Assembly (NCBI GenBank): GCA_963832465.1 | Contig: CAWHUJ010000009.1 | Location: forward strand, 54,095 to 118,094 | Direction of reading: 5' to 3' | DNA: 64,000 bases | Source of the DNA: an uncultured Acidobacteriaceae bacterium | Lineage (GTDB): Bacteria; Acidobacteriota; Terriglobia; Terriglobales; Acidobacteriaceae | Shown: piece by piece, positions 8,697 through 18,308 of the stretch | How positions within the stretch are numbered: position 1 is the first letter of the stretch | How the letters are laid out: each line of letters opens with the position of its first letter | The notes under the pieces: model-generated | The model's database searches: none | Told to the model about the DNA's origin: nothing | Seen by the model: only the letters and a program-made list of their open reading frames with translations | Position numbers and translations under genes: made by a program

Positions 8697-9755
8697 ATGC
8701 AGCAAGAAGAACACAAGTCACTGGCCCCTTTTACCACGTTTGGCATCGGGGGGCCGGCCCGCTGGTTTGTGACCGCAAAGACCGAGGAAGACGTCGCCGA
8801 GGCGGTGCGGTGGGCCAGGGAGAGAGGCGTCCAACTCTTCGTGCTCGGTGGCGGCAGCAATCTGCTGGTCGCGGATGAGGGATTCGACGGACTGGTGCTG
8901 CATGTGCAATTGCGCGGGATCGAGGCATGGCCAGATGCGGAGGAGATGATCTACTGCGCGGCCGCAGGGGAGGAGTGGGATCGGCTGGTACGGAGGGCAG
9001 GAGAGGACAACTGCGCTGGAATCGAATGCCTGGCCGGAATTCCGGGGAGCGTTGGCGGGACTCCCGTCCAGAATGTCGGCGCCTACGGGCAGGAAGTGAA
9101 AACGACCATCGAACGAGTGCGAGCTTTCGATCTGCAGACGCTTAACTCTGTTGAGCTTTCAGGTGCAGAATGCGAATTCGCATATCGCCGCAGTCGCTTC
9201 AATACGACCGACCGGGGCCGTTTTATCGTGACGCGAGTGAATTACCGCCTGATCCGCAACGGTCCACCGATGCTTCGCTATGCCGACCTGCAGAAGGCCT
9301 TCCCCGCGGGCGAGGATGCGCGTTTGCTTGAGGTGGCTGAAGCCGTCAGGCGGATCCGCCTTGCCAAAGGCATGCTGCTGGTTGAAGGGGAGGCTGACTG
9401 CCGCAGCGCCGGCAGCTTCTTCAAAAATCCGATCGTGCGCGAGGAGTGCATAGAGCGAATCTCGCAAGCAGCCGGTAAGGAACCCCCTTGCTTCCCCGCG
9501 GGGAATGAAGCGGAGGATACCAGCATGGTCAAGCTTCCAGCGGCGTGGCTCATTGAGCAGGCTGGATTTGCAAAAGGCTATTCTCGTGGCGCTGCTGGAA
9601 TATCGTCGCGACACACGCTCGCTCTGATTAACAGGGGTGGAGCAACAGCGGCCGATGTGTTCGCGCTTGCCGAGGAGATACGGGTCGCCGTCGAACAGCG
9701 CTTTGGTGTACGTCTCGAAATTGAACCTGTCCTGCTAGGTTTCGATCGCGCCTGA
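8697..9755 (+). CDS. murB: UDP-N-acetylmuramate dehydrogenase
   Basis: TTFGIGGPA, LGGGSNLL, GIPGSVGGTPVQNVGAYGQE, SAGSFFKNP, HTLALIN.G. Confidence 0.95.
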   Translation: MQQEEHKSLAPFTTFGIGGPARWFVTAKTEEDVAEAVRWARERGVQLFVLGGGSNLLVADEGFDGLVLHVQLRGIEAWPDAEEMIYCAAAGEEWDRLVRRAGEDNCAGIECLAGIPGSVGGTPVQNVGAYGQEVKTTIERVRAFDLQTLNSVELSGAECEFAYRRSRFNTTDRGRFIVTRVNYRLIRNGPPMLRYADLQKAFPAGEDARLLEVAEAVRRIRLAKGMLLVEGEADCRSAGSFFKNPIVREECIERISQAAGKEPPCFPAGNEAEDTSMVKLPAAWLIEQAGFAKGYSRGAAGISSRHTLALINRGGATAADVFALAEEIRVAVEQRFGVRLEIEPVLLGFDRA

Positions 9756-10454
9756 GGCGTTGAGCAGACCAAGGATTCGGTTGCGCTCGACACTGAGGAC
9801 CTGCGACGCGGGGCCGAGGGCAACGAGCCTTCCCTCGCAAATGAGTGCGACCTCGGCTGATGTCGCGTAAGCATCGGTAGCGTCGTGGGTGGCGAGAAGC
9901 GTCTGCACATTATGCATGCGCAACCATTGCTGCAGACGTGTGAGCAAGGCATCGCTTGCCGCTCCATCCAGCGCGGAAAACGGCTCGTCGAGGAGGAGCA
10001 GACGCGGTTGCACCGCCAAGGCTCGGGCGAGAGCGACACGCTGCGCTTCGCCGCCGGAAAGTGCTCCAGAGTGGCGCTTCGCGAGACCTGCGGCATCGAC
10101 GAGTTCGAGCATTTCAGCGATGCGCGCATTGCGCGAGGGCCGGTCAAGATGCGCTAGGCCGTACCCGACGTTTGCCGCGACCGTCATATGGGGAAAGAGC
10201 GCGGTCTTCTGTGTAACGAAGGCAATGCTGCGGTCTGCGGGGGCAACGTAAATGCCGCGCGCAGTAGCGGTGAGTGTTCTGCCATCGAGCACGATACTGC
10301 CCGTGTCGGGTCGGTCGAGCGCCGCGAGAAGGCGCAGGAGCGTGCTCTTGCCTGCGCCTGATGGGCCGAAAATAACGGTCCAGTCAGAAGAGAGGCGGCA
10401 CTCCATGTGGAGATGAAAGGCGCCGCGCCGGGCGTCAAGCTGGAATTCAAACAC
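9735..10454 (-). CDS. modC: Molybdate ABC transporter ATP-binding protein
   Basis: GPSGAGKS, LSGGEAQRVALARAL, LLLLDEPF; GTG start overlapping the modB end. Confidence 0.85.
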   Translation of the reverse strand: MFEFQLDARRGAFHLHMECRLSSDWTVIFGPSGAGKSTLLRLLAALDRPDTGSIVLDGRTLTATARGIYVAPADRSIAFVTQKTALFPHMTVAANVGYGLAHLDRPSRNARIAEMLELVDAAGLAKRHSGALSGGEAQRVALARALAVQPRLLLLDEPFSALDGAASDALLTRLQQWLRMHNVQTLLATHDATDAYATSAEVALICEGRLVALGPASQVLSVERNRILGLLNASGAIET

Positions 10455-11115
10455 GCCGGCCTCCGCGAGCGTGGCCGGTGACGTAGATCGTCGTGAGAGC
10501 TGCAACGCTGAATCCGAGAAGTAGTGCTGCGGTGCGGCCGGCGGCGGCATAGTCAAAGTTCTCGACCTGGTTATAGAGCAGGATCGAGAGCGTTCGAGTA
10601 GCGCCGGGAATGTCGCCGCCGAGCATGAGAACCACGCCGAACTCGCCGACCGTGTGCAGAAAACTCAAGACCGCCGCTACGAGCAGCGATCTACGAGCAA
10701 GTGGTACCAGTATGCTGAGGACGATTCGACGCGAACTTGCACCCAGCAGCTTTGCCGCGTCAACAAGTTCAGGCTCAACGGCTTTGAATCCGGCAACAAT
10801 CGGCTGCACCGCGAAGGGCAGACTGTAAATGACGGATCCGACGACGAGGCCGCTGAAGGAGAAGGCGAGGGGATGTCCCAGTGTTGCAGTGATGACACGG
10901 CCAATTGCCGTGCGTGGCCCCAGAAGAACGAGAAGAAAGAAACCGAGCACAGTGGGCGGCAAGACTAGTGGGAGAGCTGCAAGCGCCTCAAGCACTGCGA
11001 GCCATCGGCTGCGTCCGAAGACCAGAACCGCAGCCAACGGGGTAGCAATGGCCAGCAAGATCAGAGTTGTGACAGTTGCGAGTCGAAGGGTTAAGGCGAA
11101 GGCTTGCCAATCCAT
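10447..11115 (-). CDS. modB: Molybdate ABC transporter permease
   Basis: LPLVLPPTVLGF, YSLPFAVQP, HTVGEFGVVLM.GG.IPG.TRT. Confidence 0.95.
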   Translation of the reverse strand: MDWQAFALTLRLATVTTLILLAIATPLAAVLVFGRSRWLAVLEALAALPLVLPPTVLGFFLLVLLGPRTAIGRVITATLGHPLAFSFSGLVVGSVIYSLPFAVQPIVAGFKAVEPELVDAAKLLGASSRRIVLSILVPLARRSLLVAAVLSFLHTVGEFGVVLMLGGDIPGATRTLSILLYNQVENFDYAAAGRTAALLLGFSVAALTTIYVTGHARGGRRV

Positions 11116-11128
11116 TATGGCAGTGTCC

Positions 11129-11917
11129 TCAGTTCACAGGAGTAAGGCCGCTCTTCGAGAGCTCGGCCTGCACTGAAGGCGACAGAAGCAGGTTGAGCAG
11201 CTTGCGTGCCGCCTCGGGCTGCTGCGATCGCTTGAGAACAACGGCGCCTTGTTCGATCGGCGGATAGGAATCGCGCGGCATGACAAAGTAACTGCCGCTA
11301 GCCGCAAGGCGCGGAGTAATAGCAAGCGTCAGAGATATCAGACCCGCATCGGCATTTCCAGAATCGACGAACTGCGCTGCCTGCGCGATGTTTTGGGCGG
11401 TGACAAGGCGTGAACTCAGGCTATCGTAAAGCTTGAGATTGCGAAGCGACGCAACCGCCGCTCTGCCATAAGGCGCTCTCTCAGGGTTGGCGATGGAAAG
11501 ACGTTTGATCTGTGGACCACTCAGCAAAATTAGTGAAGGCGGAGGCAGATCAGCCGCAGTGGGCACCCACAGAACAAGTGTGCCGCGCGCATAGATCACG
11601 GGTGAGGTGCCTTCGGCCAATCCCGCGTCGATCAGGCGCTGCGGAAATCTTGTGTCGGCAGAGAAGAAGATATCGAACGGAGCGCCGCTTTGGATTTGAG
11701 TCGTGAGAATCGCTGACGCCTGATAGGTGGCTTCTGCAGAGATCCCGGTTGTCTTGCTGAACTGATCCAGAATTGGAGGCAGAACCGGTTCGAGATCTGC
11801 CGCAGCAGCGACGCGAAGGGGCGTCTGAGCGCCCGAGGACCAGGCAGGCAACAGCGCGGCGAGGAGAATCACAGCCCCGGCTAAGGCTTTTCCAGGCATC
11901 GTCTCGAGCGAAACCAC
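11129..11917 (-). CDS. modA: Molybdate ABC transporter substrate-binding protein
   Basis: Signal peptide, VAAAADL, QIQSGAPFDIF.SAD, IANP..APYGRAA. Confidence 0.95.
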   Translation of the reverse strand: MVSLETMPGKALAGAVILLAALLPAWSSGAQTPLRVAAAADLEPVLPPILDQFSKTTGISAEATYQASAILTTQIQSGAPFDIFFSADTRFPQRLIDAGLAEGTSPVIYARGTLVLWVPTAADLPPPSLILLSGPQIKRLSIANPERAPYGRAAVASLRNLKLYDSLSSRLVTAQNIAQAAQFVDSGNADAGLISLTLAITPRLAASGSYFVMPRDSYPPIEQGAVVLKRSQQPEAARKLLNLLLSPSVQAELSKSGLTPVN

Positions 11918-11944
11918 CCTCTCGCTGGTAGGCTAACACTAAGA

Positions 11945-13297
11945 ATGAGTGACAACCTTCATACGCTAAAGTGTTTCGGATGTGGAGCGCGGATTTCCGG
12001 AACAGAGGCTCGCCCCGATTTTCGTTGCGCCGAGTGCGGCGACCTTTTTGAGGTGGAATACCCCGGCTGGAGCCAACGTAAGGGGCCGGATCGACCAAAT
12101 GCGGGCGCGCTCAAGTGGCTGTGGCGTGAGCGCCGTTGCTCCGGCGAGGCTCTTGATCAGTCGGGAGTGTGGCGCTTTCGTGAGTTGCTGCCTATTCTTG
12201 AGAACTTCGGCAACGCCGTAACCCTGCGCGAGGGAGACACCCCCCTCTATCGCTTGAATCGGTCATCCAAAGCACTCGGCATCGACCAATTGTTTGCAAA
12301 GCACCAAGGGATGAACCCCACAGGCTCGTTCAAAGACACGGGTATGACTGCGGCTTTGAGCGTGGCGAAGGAACGCGGTTTTACCTGGGTAGCATGCGCG
12401 TCGACAGGGAACACGTCGGCGGCTATGGCCGCCTATGCGGCGCGTGCTGGCTTGCGGAGTCTCGTGCTTATTCCGGAGGGCAAGATCGCATGGGGCAAGC
12501 TTTCCCAGGCGATGGACTACGGCGCATTGACCTGCCAGTTAAAAACCGACTTCGACGGCTGCGTCAAAGTGCTAACGGAGATTGTGCGCGAAGCGCCCAT
12601 TTATCTTCTTAATTCGGTCAATCCCTATCGGCTCGAAGGCCAGAAAACGCCGGCTCTAGAGATTGCTGAAGCTCTCGATTGGACTGTGCCCGATCATCTA
12701 ATCGTACCCGGGGGGAACCTGGCCAATAGCTCGGCGCTAGGCAAAGGTTTCCGCGAAATGCGCGAATTAGGCCTCGTTTCCCGCACACCCAAGATCACTG
12801 TGGTCCAGGCCAAAGGGGCGAACCCACTGGTGCGCAGCTTTGAGAACAGCGACGGCGCTGAGCTTGAAGCGGTGCAGGCGGACACCCGAGCTTCGGCGAT
12901 CCGCATCGGCAACCCCGCATCTTGGCGCAAGGCCGCGCGGGTTATCAAAGACACCGGCGGTTGGTGTCTCGATGTGACTGAAGCCGAGATTGCGGTAGCG
13001 AAGGCAGAGTTAGGAGCTGAGGGCCTGGGGTGCGAACCGGCGTCTGCCGTAACTCTCGCCGGCCTGAAGAAACTGCGCGCTGAAAGCAAGGTGCATGAGA
13101 CCGAAACAATGGTTCTGCTTCTCACCGGGCACACACTTAAAGATGCCGGCTACACGATCGATTTCCATCGGGGATCACTGCTGCGAGAGGACGAGGTGGC
13201 GGGTTTCGAGGAGGAGATCGGGTCACTGCGACGTGACGCGAAGATAGTGGAGGCAAACCCGGCTGCAGTCCTGGCCGCAATGAAGGACAACGCTTGA
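11945..13297 (+). CDS. thrC: Threonine synthase
   Basis: N-terminal CxxC..CxxC; NPTGSFKD, CASTGNTSAA, NSVNPYRLEGQKT, PGGNLAN. Confidence 0.93.
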   Translation: MSDNLHTLKCFGCGARISGTEARPDFRCAECGDLFEVEYPGWSQRKGPDRPNAGALKWLWRERRCSGEALDQSGVWRFRELLPILENFGNAVTLREGDTPLYRLNRSSKALGIDQLFAKHQGMNPTGSFKDTGMTAALSVAKERGFTWVACASTGNTSAAMAAYAARAGLRSLVLIPEGKIAWGKLSQAMDYGALTCQLKTDFDGCVKVLTEIVREAPIYLLNSVNPYRLEGQKTPALEIAEALDWTVPDHLIVPGGNLANSSALGKGFREMRELGLVSRTPKITVVQAKGANPLVRSFENSDGAELEAVQADTRASAIRIGNPASWRKAARVIKDTGGWCLDVTEAEIAVAKAELGAEGLGCEPASAVTLAGLKKLRAESKVHETETMVLLLTGHTLKDAGYTIDFHRGSLLREDEVAGFEEEIGSLRRDAKIVEANPAAVLAAMKDNA

Positions 13298-14223
13298 TGA
13301 GCGCGGCCCTCGAGAAATCGGAAGTGCTACACCTTCGCCTGCCTGCGACCTCAGCGAATCTCGGTCCCGGATTCGACGCCGTCGCCGTGGCATTGGACTT
13401 CTACCTTGAGATTGAAGCCAGACCTGCCACAAAGTTCTCGATCCTGGCGACAGGCCGCGACGCTGAGCGTTGCGGCCGAGTTGAAGACAATCTCATACTA
13501 GGCATCTATCAGCGCCTGCTTCGAGAGAATGAGCGAGAGATAGTTCCGCTCGATCTGCGCATGCAGAATGCAATTCCGCTGGGCATGGGCTGCGGATCGT
13601 CGGCCGCCGGCAGGTTGGCCGCCATTGCGCTTGCAGTTCACTACGGGGAACTGCGCTGGAGTTCCGAACGAATACTCGCGGAAGCAAGTGCTCTTGAGGG
13701 ACACCCCGACAATGCCGCTGCGTGCTGGCTCGGGGGATTTGTGATTGCCGCGTGTGAGGGAGGGACTGTTCACGTCGCGCGTGTGGCCGCTCCTGCGAGA
13801 TGGAGGGGGATCGTAGTCTTGCCTGCGACTCCCTTAGCAACGAGCAAAGCGCGGGCCGTCCTGCCTCGCTCATATTCCAGCGCAGATATCGTGACGAATA
13901 TCCAGTCGGTAGGTCTGCTGGCAATGGCCTTCGCTCAAGGGCACGGCGATCTGCTGCAGATCGCTATGCGGGACCGGATCCATCAGCCGTACCGAGCGCC
14001 CATTTGTCCTCTCTTACCTCGACTATTGCCCTTGGCTGGAAAGCACGGAATTCTTGGCGTAGCTTTGAGCGGCGCAGGACCGGCAGTGCTTCTGATTGTG
14101 GAAAACGACGAGCATGTTGGTGAGGCGTCGACGGCCGTTCGAGATGCTGTGCAAGGTCTGCTTCAACCGGAGTTGCTCGTCTGTGGCTTTCAGGCGGAGG
14201 GGGCGCACAGCAGCGTCGCTTAG
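13294..14223 (+). CDS. thrB: Homoserine kinase
   Basis: PATSANLGPGFD, IPLGMGCGSSAA, EGHPDN, DRIHQPYR, SGAGP. Confidence 0.95.
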   Translation: MMSAALEKSEVLHLRLPATSANLGPGFDAVAVALDFYLEIEARPATKFSILATGRDAERCGRVEDNLILGIYQRLLRENEREIVPLDLRMQNAIPLGMGCGSSAAGRLAAIALAVHYGELRWSSERILAEASALEGHPDNAAACWLGGFVIAACEGGTVHVARVAAPARWRGIVVLPATPLATSKARAVLPRSYSSADIVTNIQSVGLLAMAFAQGHGDLLQIAMRDRIHQPYRAPICPLLPRLLPLAGKHGILGVALSGAGPAVLLIVENDEHVGEASTAVRDAVQGLLQPELLVCGFQAEGAHSSVA

Positions 14224-14402
14224 ACGCATTACCCGCGCCTGATATGAAAAGAGAATTTTCCGAACAGGCCAGTACGGGCCATTTATCACGCGAATAACAG
14301 CAGATTCAGACAGTTGTCATTCTTGTAAATCATCAGCGGTGGTTACTCTTGGGATTACCTAAGATTGCTTGCTATTCCGCGAGGGAACACCTAAATTCGC
14401 TG

Positions 14403-14471
14403 CGTGGGCAGTTCTGGGGGAGGGCTGCTCTAGCGCCCGTGATCCTTATCGGATCCGGGCGCTTCTAATTT
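14403..14471 (+). ncRNA. Candidate two-hairpin small RNA
   Basis: TTGCTA (14369-14374), 17 nt, TAAATT (14392-14397) promoter; hairpin 14406-14430 with G-U pairs; terminator-like hairpin 14432-14463 plus TCTAATTT. No ORF covers it. Confidence 0.5.
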
Positions 14472-14633
14472 GCGTGGTGACTACGCGATATGCACTAAGT
14501 TTGAATGCCCAATCGCCATATAATTCAGTCCCATAGGGACAACGCGCCTTGGCTTCTGCGACTTTACTTAAGATCAGAGCATCTCATATTGGCGCGGGGG
14601 AAGTAGACTGAAAGGGAAAAGGCAAGGAGGAGC

Positions 14634-14966
14634 ATGGCAGGGTTGGGAGTGCTTGAAGTGAGCGATGCAACATTTGACCAGGAGGTGCTGCGCAGCGAAC
14701 AGCCAGTCCTCGTAGATTTCTGGGCTGTTTGGTGCGGACCATGCCGGGCGATTGCCCCGGTGGTCGACAGCTTGGCAACAACGTACACCGGCAAGTTGAA
14801 GGTCGCCAAAATGAATGTGGACGAGAACGGCGCCACGCCGTCTCGATATGGGATTCGCGGAATTCCAACACTACTCCTCTTCAAGGGCGGTAAAGTGGCC
14901 GATCAGGTTGTAGGTTTCGTTTCACAGGACGTCATTGAAGAGAAGGTTCAGCGTCTGCTCGCTTAG
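14634..14966 (+). CDS. trxA: Thioredoxin
   Basis: VDFWAVWCGPC, YGIRGIPTL; AAGGAGG RBS. Confidence 0.97.
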   Translation: MAGLGVLEVSDATFDQEVLRSEQPVLVDFWAVWCGPCRAIAPVVDSLATTYTGKLKVAKMNVDENGATPSRYGIRGIPTLLLFKGGKVADQVVGFVSQDVIEEKVQRLLA

Positions 14967-14992
14967 GCACCTAGAGATTCAAAAGGAATGAG

Positions 14993-15015
14993 AAGCCCGG
15001 CGACGCCGGGCTTTT
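14993..15015 (+). terminator. Intrinsic terminator between trxA and lexA
   Basis: AAGCCCGGC-GAC-GCCGGGCTT followed by further Ts. Confidence 0.75.
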
Positions 15016-15038
15016 GCTTCTCTAGAAGACCGCACGCT

Positions 15039-15644
15039 TCATCTGTATTTGCGCAGCACGCCCAGGACGCGGCCCTGAATCGCAACCTGACCAGCCGGAA
15101 CATAGATCGGCTCCATCTCAATGTTGGCTGGTTGTAGACGAACGACGTGACCTTCAACGTAGTAGCGCTTCAAGGTGGTTTCGCTGCCGTGGACAAGAGC
15201 TACAACGATCTCGCCCTGGCGGGCAGTCCGGGTACGCTCAACAAGAACATAATCACCATTGATAATGTGCTCATCGCGCATCGAATCGCCACGCACCTCG
15301 AGGGCAAAAACATCCCTATTGCCTACCACATCGTGCAGGGAAATGGTCTCCGGCGTCTCTGAGGTCTCGACCGGCAGGCCCGCTGCAATGCGGCCGGCGA
15401 GGGGCAGCCGCTCACTCGAGCGAGTCCGTGCGCCTGGAGGCAGAATATCGATGGAACGGCTGCGATTGTGGACGCGATCAAGCAGTCCCTTCTTCTCGAG
15501 ATTCGTGATGTGCTTGTGTACTGTGGCGAGGCTCTTAAGCCCCATGCCTCGTGCGATCTCCTCAAACGACGGGGAGTAGCCGTTGCGTGTGACAAAGGAC
15601 TCGAGGAAATCCAGAACCTCTTTTTGTCTTCTTGTGACAGCCAT
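15039..15644 (-). CDS. lexA: SOS repressor LexA
   Basis: GYSPSFEEIA HTH, GRIAAG cleavage site, VRGDSM, TTLKR. Confidence 0.96.
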   Translation of the reverse strand: MAVTRRQKEVLDFLESFVTRNGYSPSFEEIARGMGLKSLATVHKHITNLEKKGLLDRVHNRSRSIDILPPGARTRSSERLPLAGRIAAGLPVETSETPETISLHDVVGNRDVFALEVRGDSMRDEHIINGDYVLVERTRTARQGEIVVALVHGSETTLKRYYVEGHVVRLQPANIEMEPIYVPAGQVAIQGRVLGVLRKYR

Positions 15645-15650
15645 GGGCGC

Positions 15651-15673
15651 ATTATAGCGAACAAAAAGCGAAT
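15651..15673 (-). promoter_or_regulatory. lexA promoter -10 (TATAAT) with adjacent LexA box
   Basis: Minus strand ATTC-GCTTTTT-GTTC (15673-15659) fits the GTTC-N7-GTTC direct-repeat box known from Alphaproteobacteria and Acidobacterium. TATAAT at 15656-15651 lies 6 nt from the ATG. Confidence 0.75.
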
Positions 15674-15951
15674 CACAATCGGCTTTTTCACCTTTTGTTT
15701 GCGCATGGGTGCCAACTCAGGAACCGGGGTCGAACCCTAGAGGTAGGTCGCTTCTTACTTCCCGCGACCCATTTTGGACTCTTTTTGCCCAACGGGACCA
15801 TTTCCGGAATTGCCTCCACCACTTTTCTTCAAAGTTCCTTGAGTTCCTCCGCACTCCAAAGCAAGGTGGAAAGGAACCAAATGTTAGCGAGCGCTAAGCA
15901 AGCGGCGCGGAGGCATTCGCCGAGCCGCTCAGGGCAGGAAGGGATAGGTCG

Positions 15952-16677
15952 ATGAGGTTGCTGCTTGCTGAGGACGACAAGGTGCTGGCGTTATTTCTTC
16001 GACGTGGCCTTGAGGGGGATGGACATCGCGTGAGAATCGCAGATGATGGCGCAGTAGCAGTGGAAGCAATCTTCCAGGAGCCTTCGGATTTGCTGATTCT
16101 CGATCTCAATCTGCCGGTGAAGGATGGAGAGCAGGTGCTCGACGAAATTCACGCGCTGAATCCTGACGTGGCTGTGCTGATCCTCTCAGGTCGCGTCGAC
16201 CTTGAAACGCGCGTCCGCTGCCTCAATGCAGGTGCCGACGATTTTCTGACCAAGCCGTTCAGCATCCTTGAGCTTTGCGCGCGGGTGCGGGCGCTGCAGC
16301 GGCGCAGGCGCGATGCTCGATTGTCATTGAGGGCCGGCGGGATCGAGCTGAACCGCCTCAATCACTCGGTTCTGCGTGACGGCGTGGCAGTTGATCTCAC
16401 CAATAAAGAATTTGCGCTTCTTGAATACCTGATGCTCAACCGCGGCCATTGCCTTTCCCGGGTTGAGCTGCTCGATTCCGTCTGGAAGATGGAACCGGAC
16501 CAGACCACGAACATTGTGGATGTTTATGTGAACTACCTTCGGCGCAAGCTTGCGGATGCACCTCCCGGAAAGCTGATCCGCACGATACGCGGACAGGGAT
16601 ACATGATCGCGGCAGAAGGGCCGACGGCCATGGTTGTGCCTCAACTGAATGCTGAGCTGATCAGGTCGAACAATTGA
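15952..16677 (+). CDS. OmpR-family response regulator (orphan)
   Basis: LLAEDD, LILDLNLP, GADDFLTKPF, LTNKEFALLEYL, NIVDVYVNYLRRKL, IRTIRGQGY. Confidence 0.93.
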   Translation: MRLLLAEDDKVLALFLRRGLEGDGHRVRIADDGAVAVEAIFQEPSDLLILDLNLPVKDGEQVLDEIHALNPDVAVLILSGRVDLETRVRCLNAGADDFLTKPFSILELCARVRALQRRRRDARLSLRAGGIELNRLNHSVLRDGVAVDLTNKEFALLEYLMLNRGHCLSRVELLDSVWKMEPDQTTNIVDVYVNYLRRKLADAPPGKLIRTIRGQGYMIAAEGPTAMVVPQLNAELIRSNN

Positions 16678-16701
16678 CATCGCTATGAGAAGGAGACATT
16701 T

Positions 16702-17922
16702 ATGCAGGCTTACTCGACAACGGCGGTTCCTCGGGCAACGCGCATTCGTCCGCGTACCGCGCTAGTGGCGAGCGCAGATATCGGTGTGCGACGGCGTCTC
16801 AACGAAGCCCTGACGGGGCTGCGGTGGCAGGTTCGCGAAGCTGCCGGCGGCGCGGCGGCTTGGGCAGAAACCGAAACTGCAACTCCAGAAGCCGTGATCA
16901 TCGATTCATGGTTGCCAGATCTTGATTACGCCGAGTTCTTGAGGACCTTTGAGGCAACCTATCCCGAGGTGGAGTTACTGGCCACGGACGGCAGCGTCGT
17001 ACATCAGAAGTCCCGTGGCACGCACAGGCAGGAGTTGCTTTATGCGATTCGTCAGAGTCACGAGACAGATACCGCGTCGTGGAATGTAGCGCACGACGAG
17101 GCAAGGAACGCCAAGACGGCGGAGGGATCGATGGCGGCCAACAGGGCAACCACTGCAACTGAGCGCATTGCCCAGCTCATCGGCGAGGCTCCGAGCATGC
17201 TGGAGGTGAGCCGCCGCATCCGCCTTGTCGCACCGCGCTCGACTCCGGTGTTGATCGAAGGGCCAACAGGCTCCGGCAAAGAATTGGTTGCGGAGGCCCT
17301 GCATCGCCTCTCTTCGCGCAGCCGCCAGCCACTCATCACCCTGAATTGTGCGGCGATCCCGGAAACGCTGCTCGAGGCAGAACTGTTCGGACATACGCGG
17401 GGTGCCTTTACCGGTGCAGTACAGGGGCGAGTGGGTCGAATCGAAGCTGCGCACGGCGGAACGCTCTTTCTAGATGAAGTTGGCGAGATGCCGCTATCTC
17501 TGCAAGCCAAGTTATTGCGGTTTGTGCAGAGCGGCGAGTTGCAGCGGATCGGCGACAACCAGACCGTGAAGGTGGATGTGCGAATAATCGCTGCAACCCA
17601 CCGGCCGTTGGCCCAACAGGCGCAGGCTGGGAGCTTCCGGGCAGATCTTTACTACCGCCTGGCAGTGTTTCTAATCAGGACCCCTTCGCTCTCGGAGCAC
17701 ATGGAGGATCTGCCGTTACTCGTAGAGCACTTCCTTGAGAAGATGGGACGCGCGGCCCCGATGAAGACTATCGACGAAGCGGCACTGGCAAAGCTGGCGG
17801 AGCACAACTGGCCTGGTAACGTCCGTGAGCTTGAGCATGTGCTTGAGCGGGCGGCGATTCTGGCCGGGGATGACCCGCTGTTGACCTCGCGGGAGATCGA
17901 TTTTGGGACACTGGTGAACTGA
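16702..17922 (+). CDS. sigma54-dependent activator (AAA+) with degenerate receiver and no C-terminal HTH
   Basis: GPTGSGKE, ELFGH..GAFTGA, LFLDEVGE, FRADLYYRL, WPGNVRELEH. Protein ends ~25 aa after the AAA+ core. Confidence 0.92.
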   Translation: MQAYSTTAVPRATRIRPRTALVASADIGVRRRLNEALTGLRWQVREAAGGAAAWAETETATPEAVIIDSWLPDLDYAEFLRTFEATYPEVELLATDGSVVHQKSRGTHRQELLYAIRQSHETDTASWNVAHDEARNAKTAEGSMAANRATTATERIAQLIGEAPSMLEVSRRIRLVAPRSTPVLIEGPTGSGKELVAEALHRLSSRSRQPLITLNCAAIPETLLEAELFGHTRGAFTGAVQGRVGRIEAAHGGTLFLDEVGEMPLSLQAKLLRFVQSGELQRIGDNQTVKVDVRIIAATHRPLAQQAQAGSFRADLYYRLAVFLIRTPSLSEHMEDLPLLVEHFLEKMGRAAPMKTIDEAALAKLAEHNWPGNVRELEHVLERAAILAGDDPLLTSREIDFGTLVN

Positions 17923-17924
17923 AG

Positions 17925-18287
17925 ATGCAAATTGAGACGAGAGTGAGTGATCAAATTGCGCGCTACCTGGACCTTGCAGCAAACGAGGCAAAGCTTACGG
18001 CAGCGAACATGGCCAACATCGACACGCCGGGCTACCGCGCGATGGGAGTGGATTTTAACGCGGAGATGCGCAGCGCACTGAGCGATGTCGATCGCGGATT
18101 GGACCCTTCGCCCGTGCACGTGGGCTTGGTAGATGGCTTGATCGCGCGACCAGATGGCAACGATGTGTCGATGGACCGCGAAAGCCTGAATCTTGCTGAA
18201 GCGCAGTTGCGATTCAAGACAGGGGTAGCTCTCATGCGCCAGGAAGATCAGCGCGTGATGGACGCGATTCACGCGGATAGCAAATAG
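17925..18287 (+). CDS. flgB: Flagellar basal-body rod protein FlgB
   Basis: ANMANIDTPGYRA, RPDGNDVSMDRE. Confidence 0.92.
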   Translation: MQIETRVSDQIARYLDLAANEAKLTAANMANIDTPGYRAMGVDFNAEMRSALSDVDRGLDPSPVHVGLVDGLIARPDGNDVSMDRESLNLAEAQLRFKTGVALMRQEDQRVMDAIHADSK

Positions 18288-18308
18288 AAGCCAGGGAAGG
18301 GAAGGTCA

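Noticed and set aside
16625-16639. GG-N10-GC (CGGCCATGGTTGTGC) upstream of the sigma54 activator gene
   Set aside because: Lies inside the upstream CDS and lacks the TGG and AATTCTGCT context of the two convincing sites.
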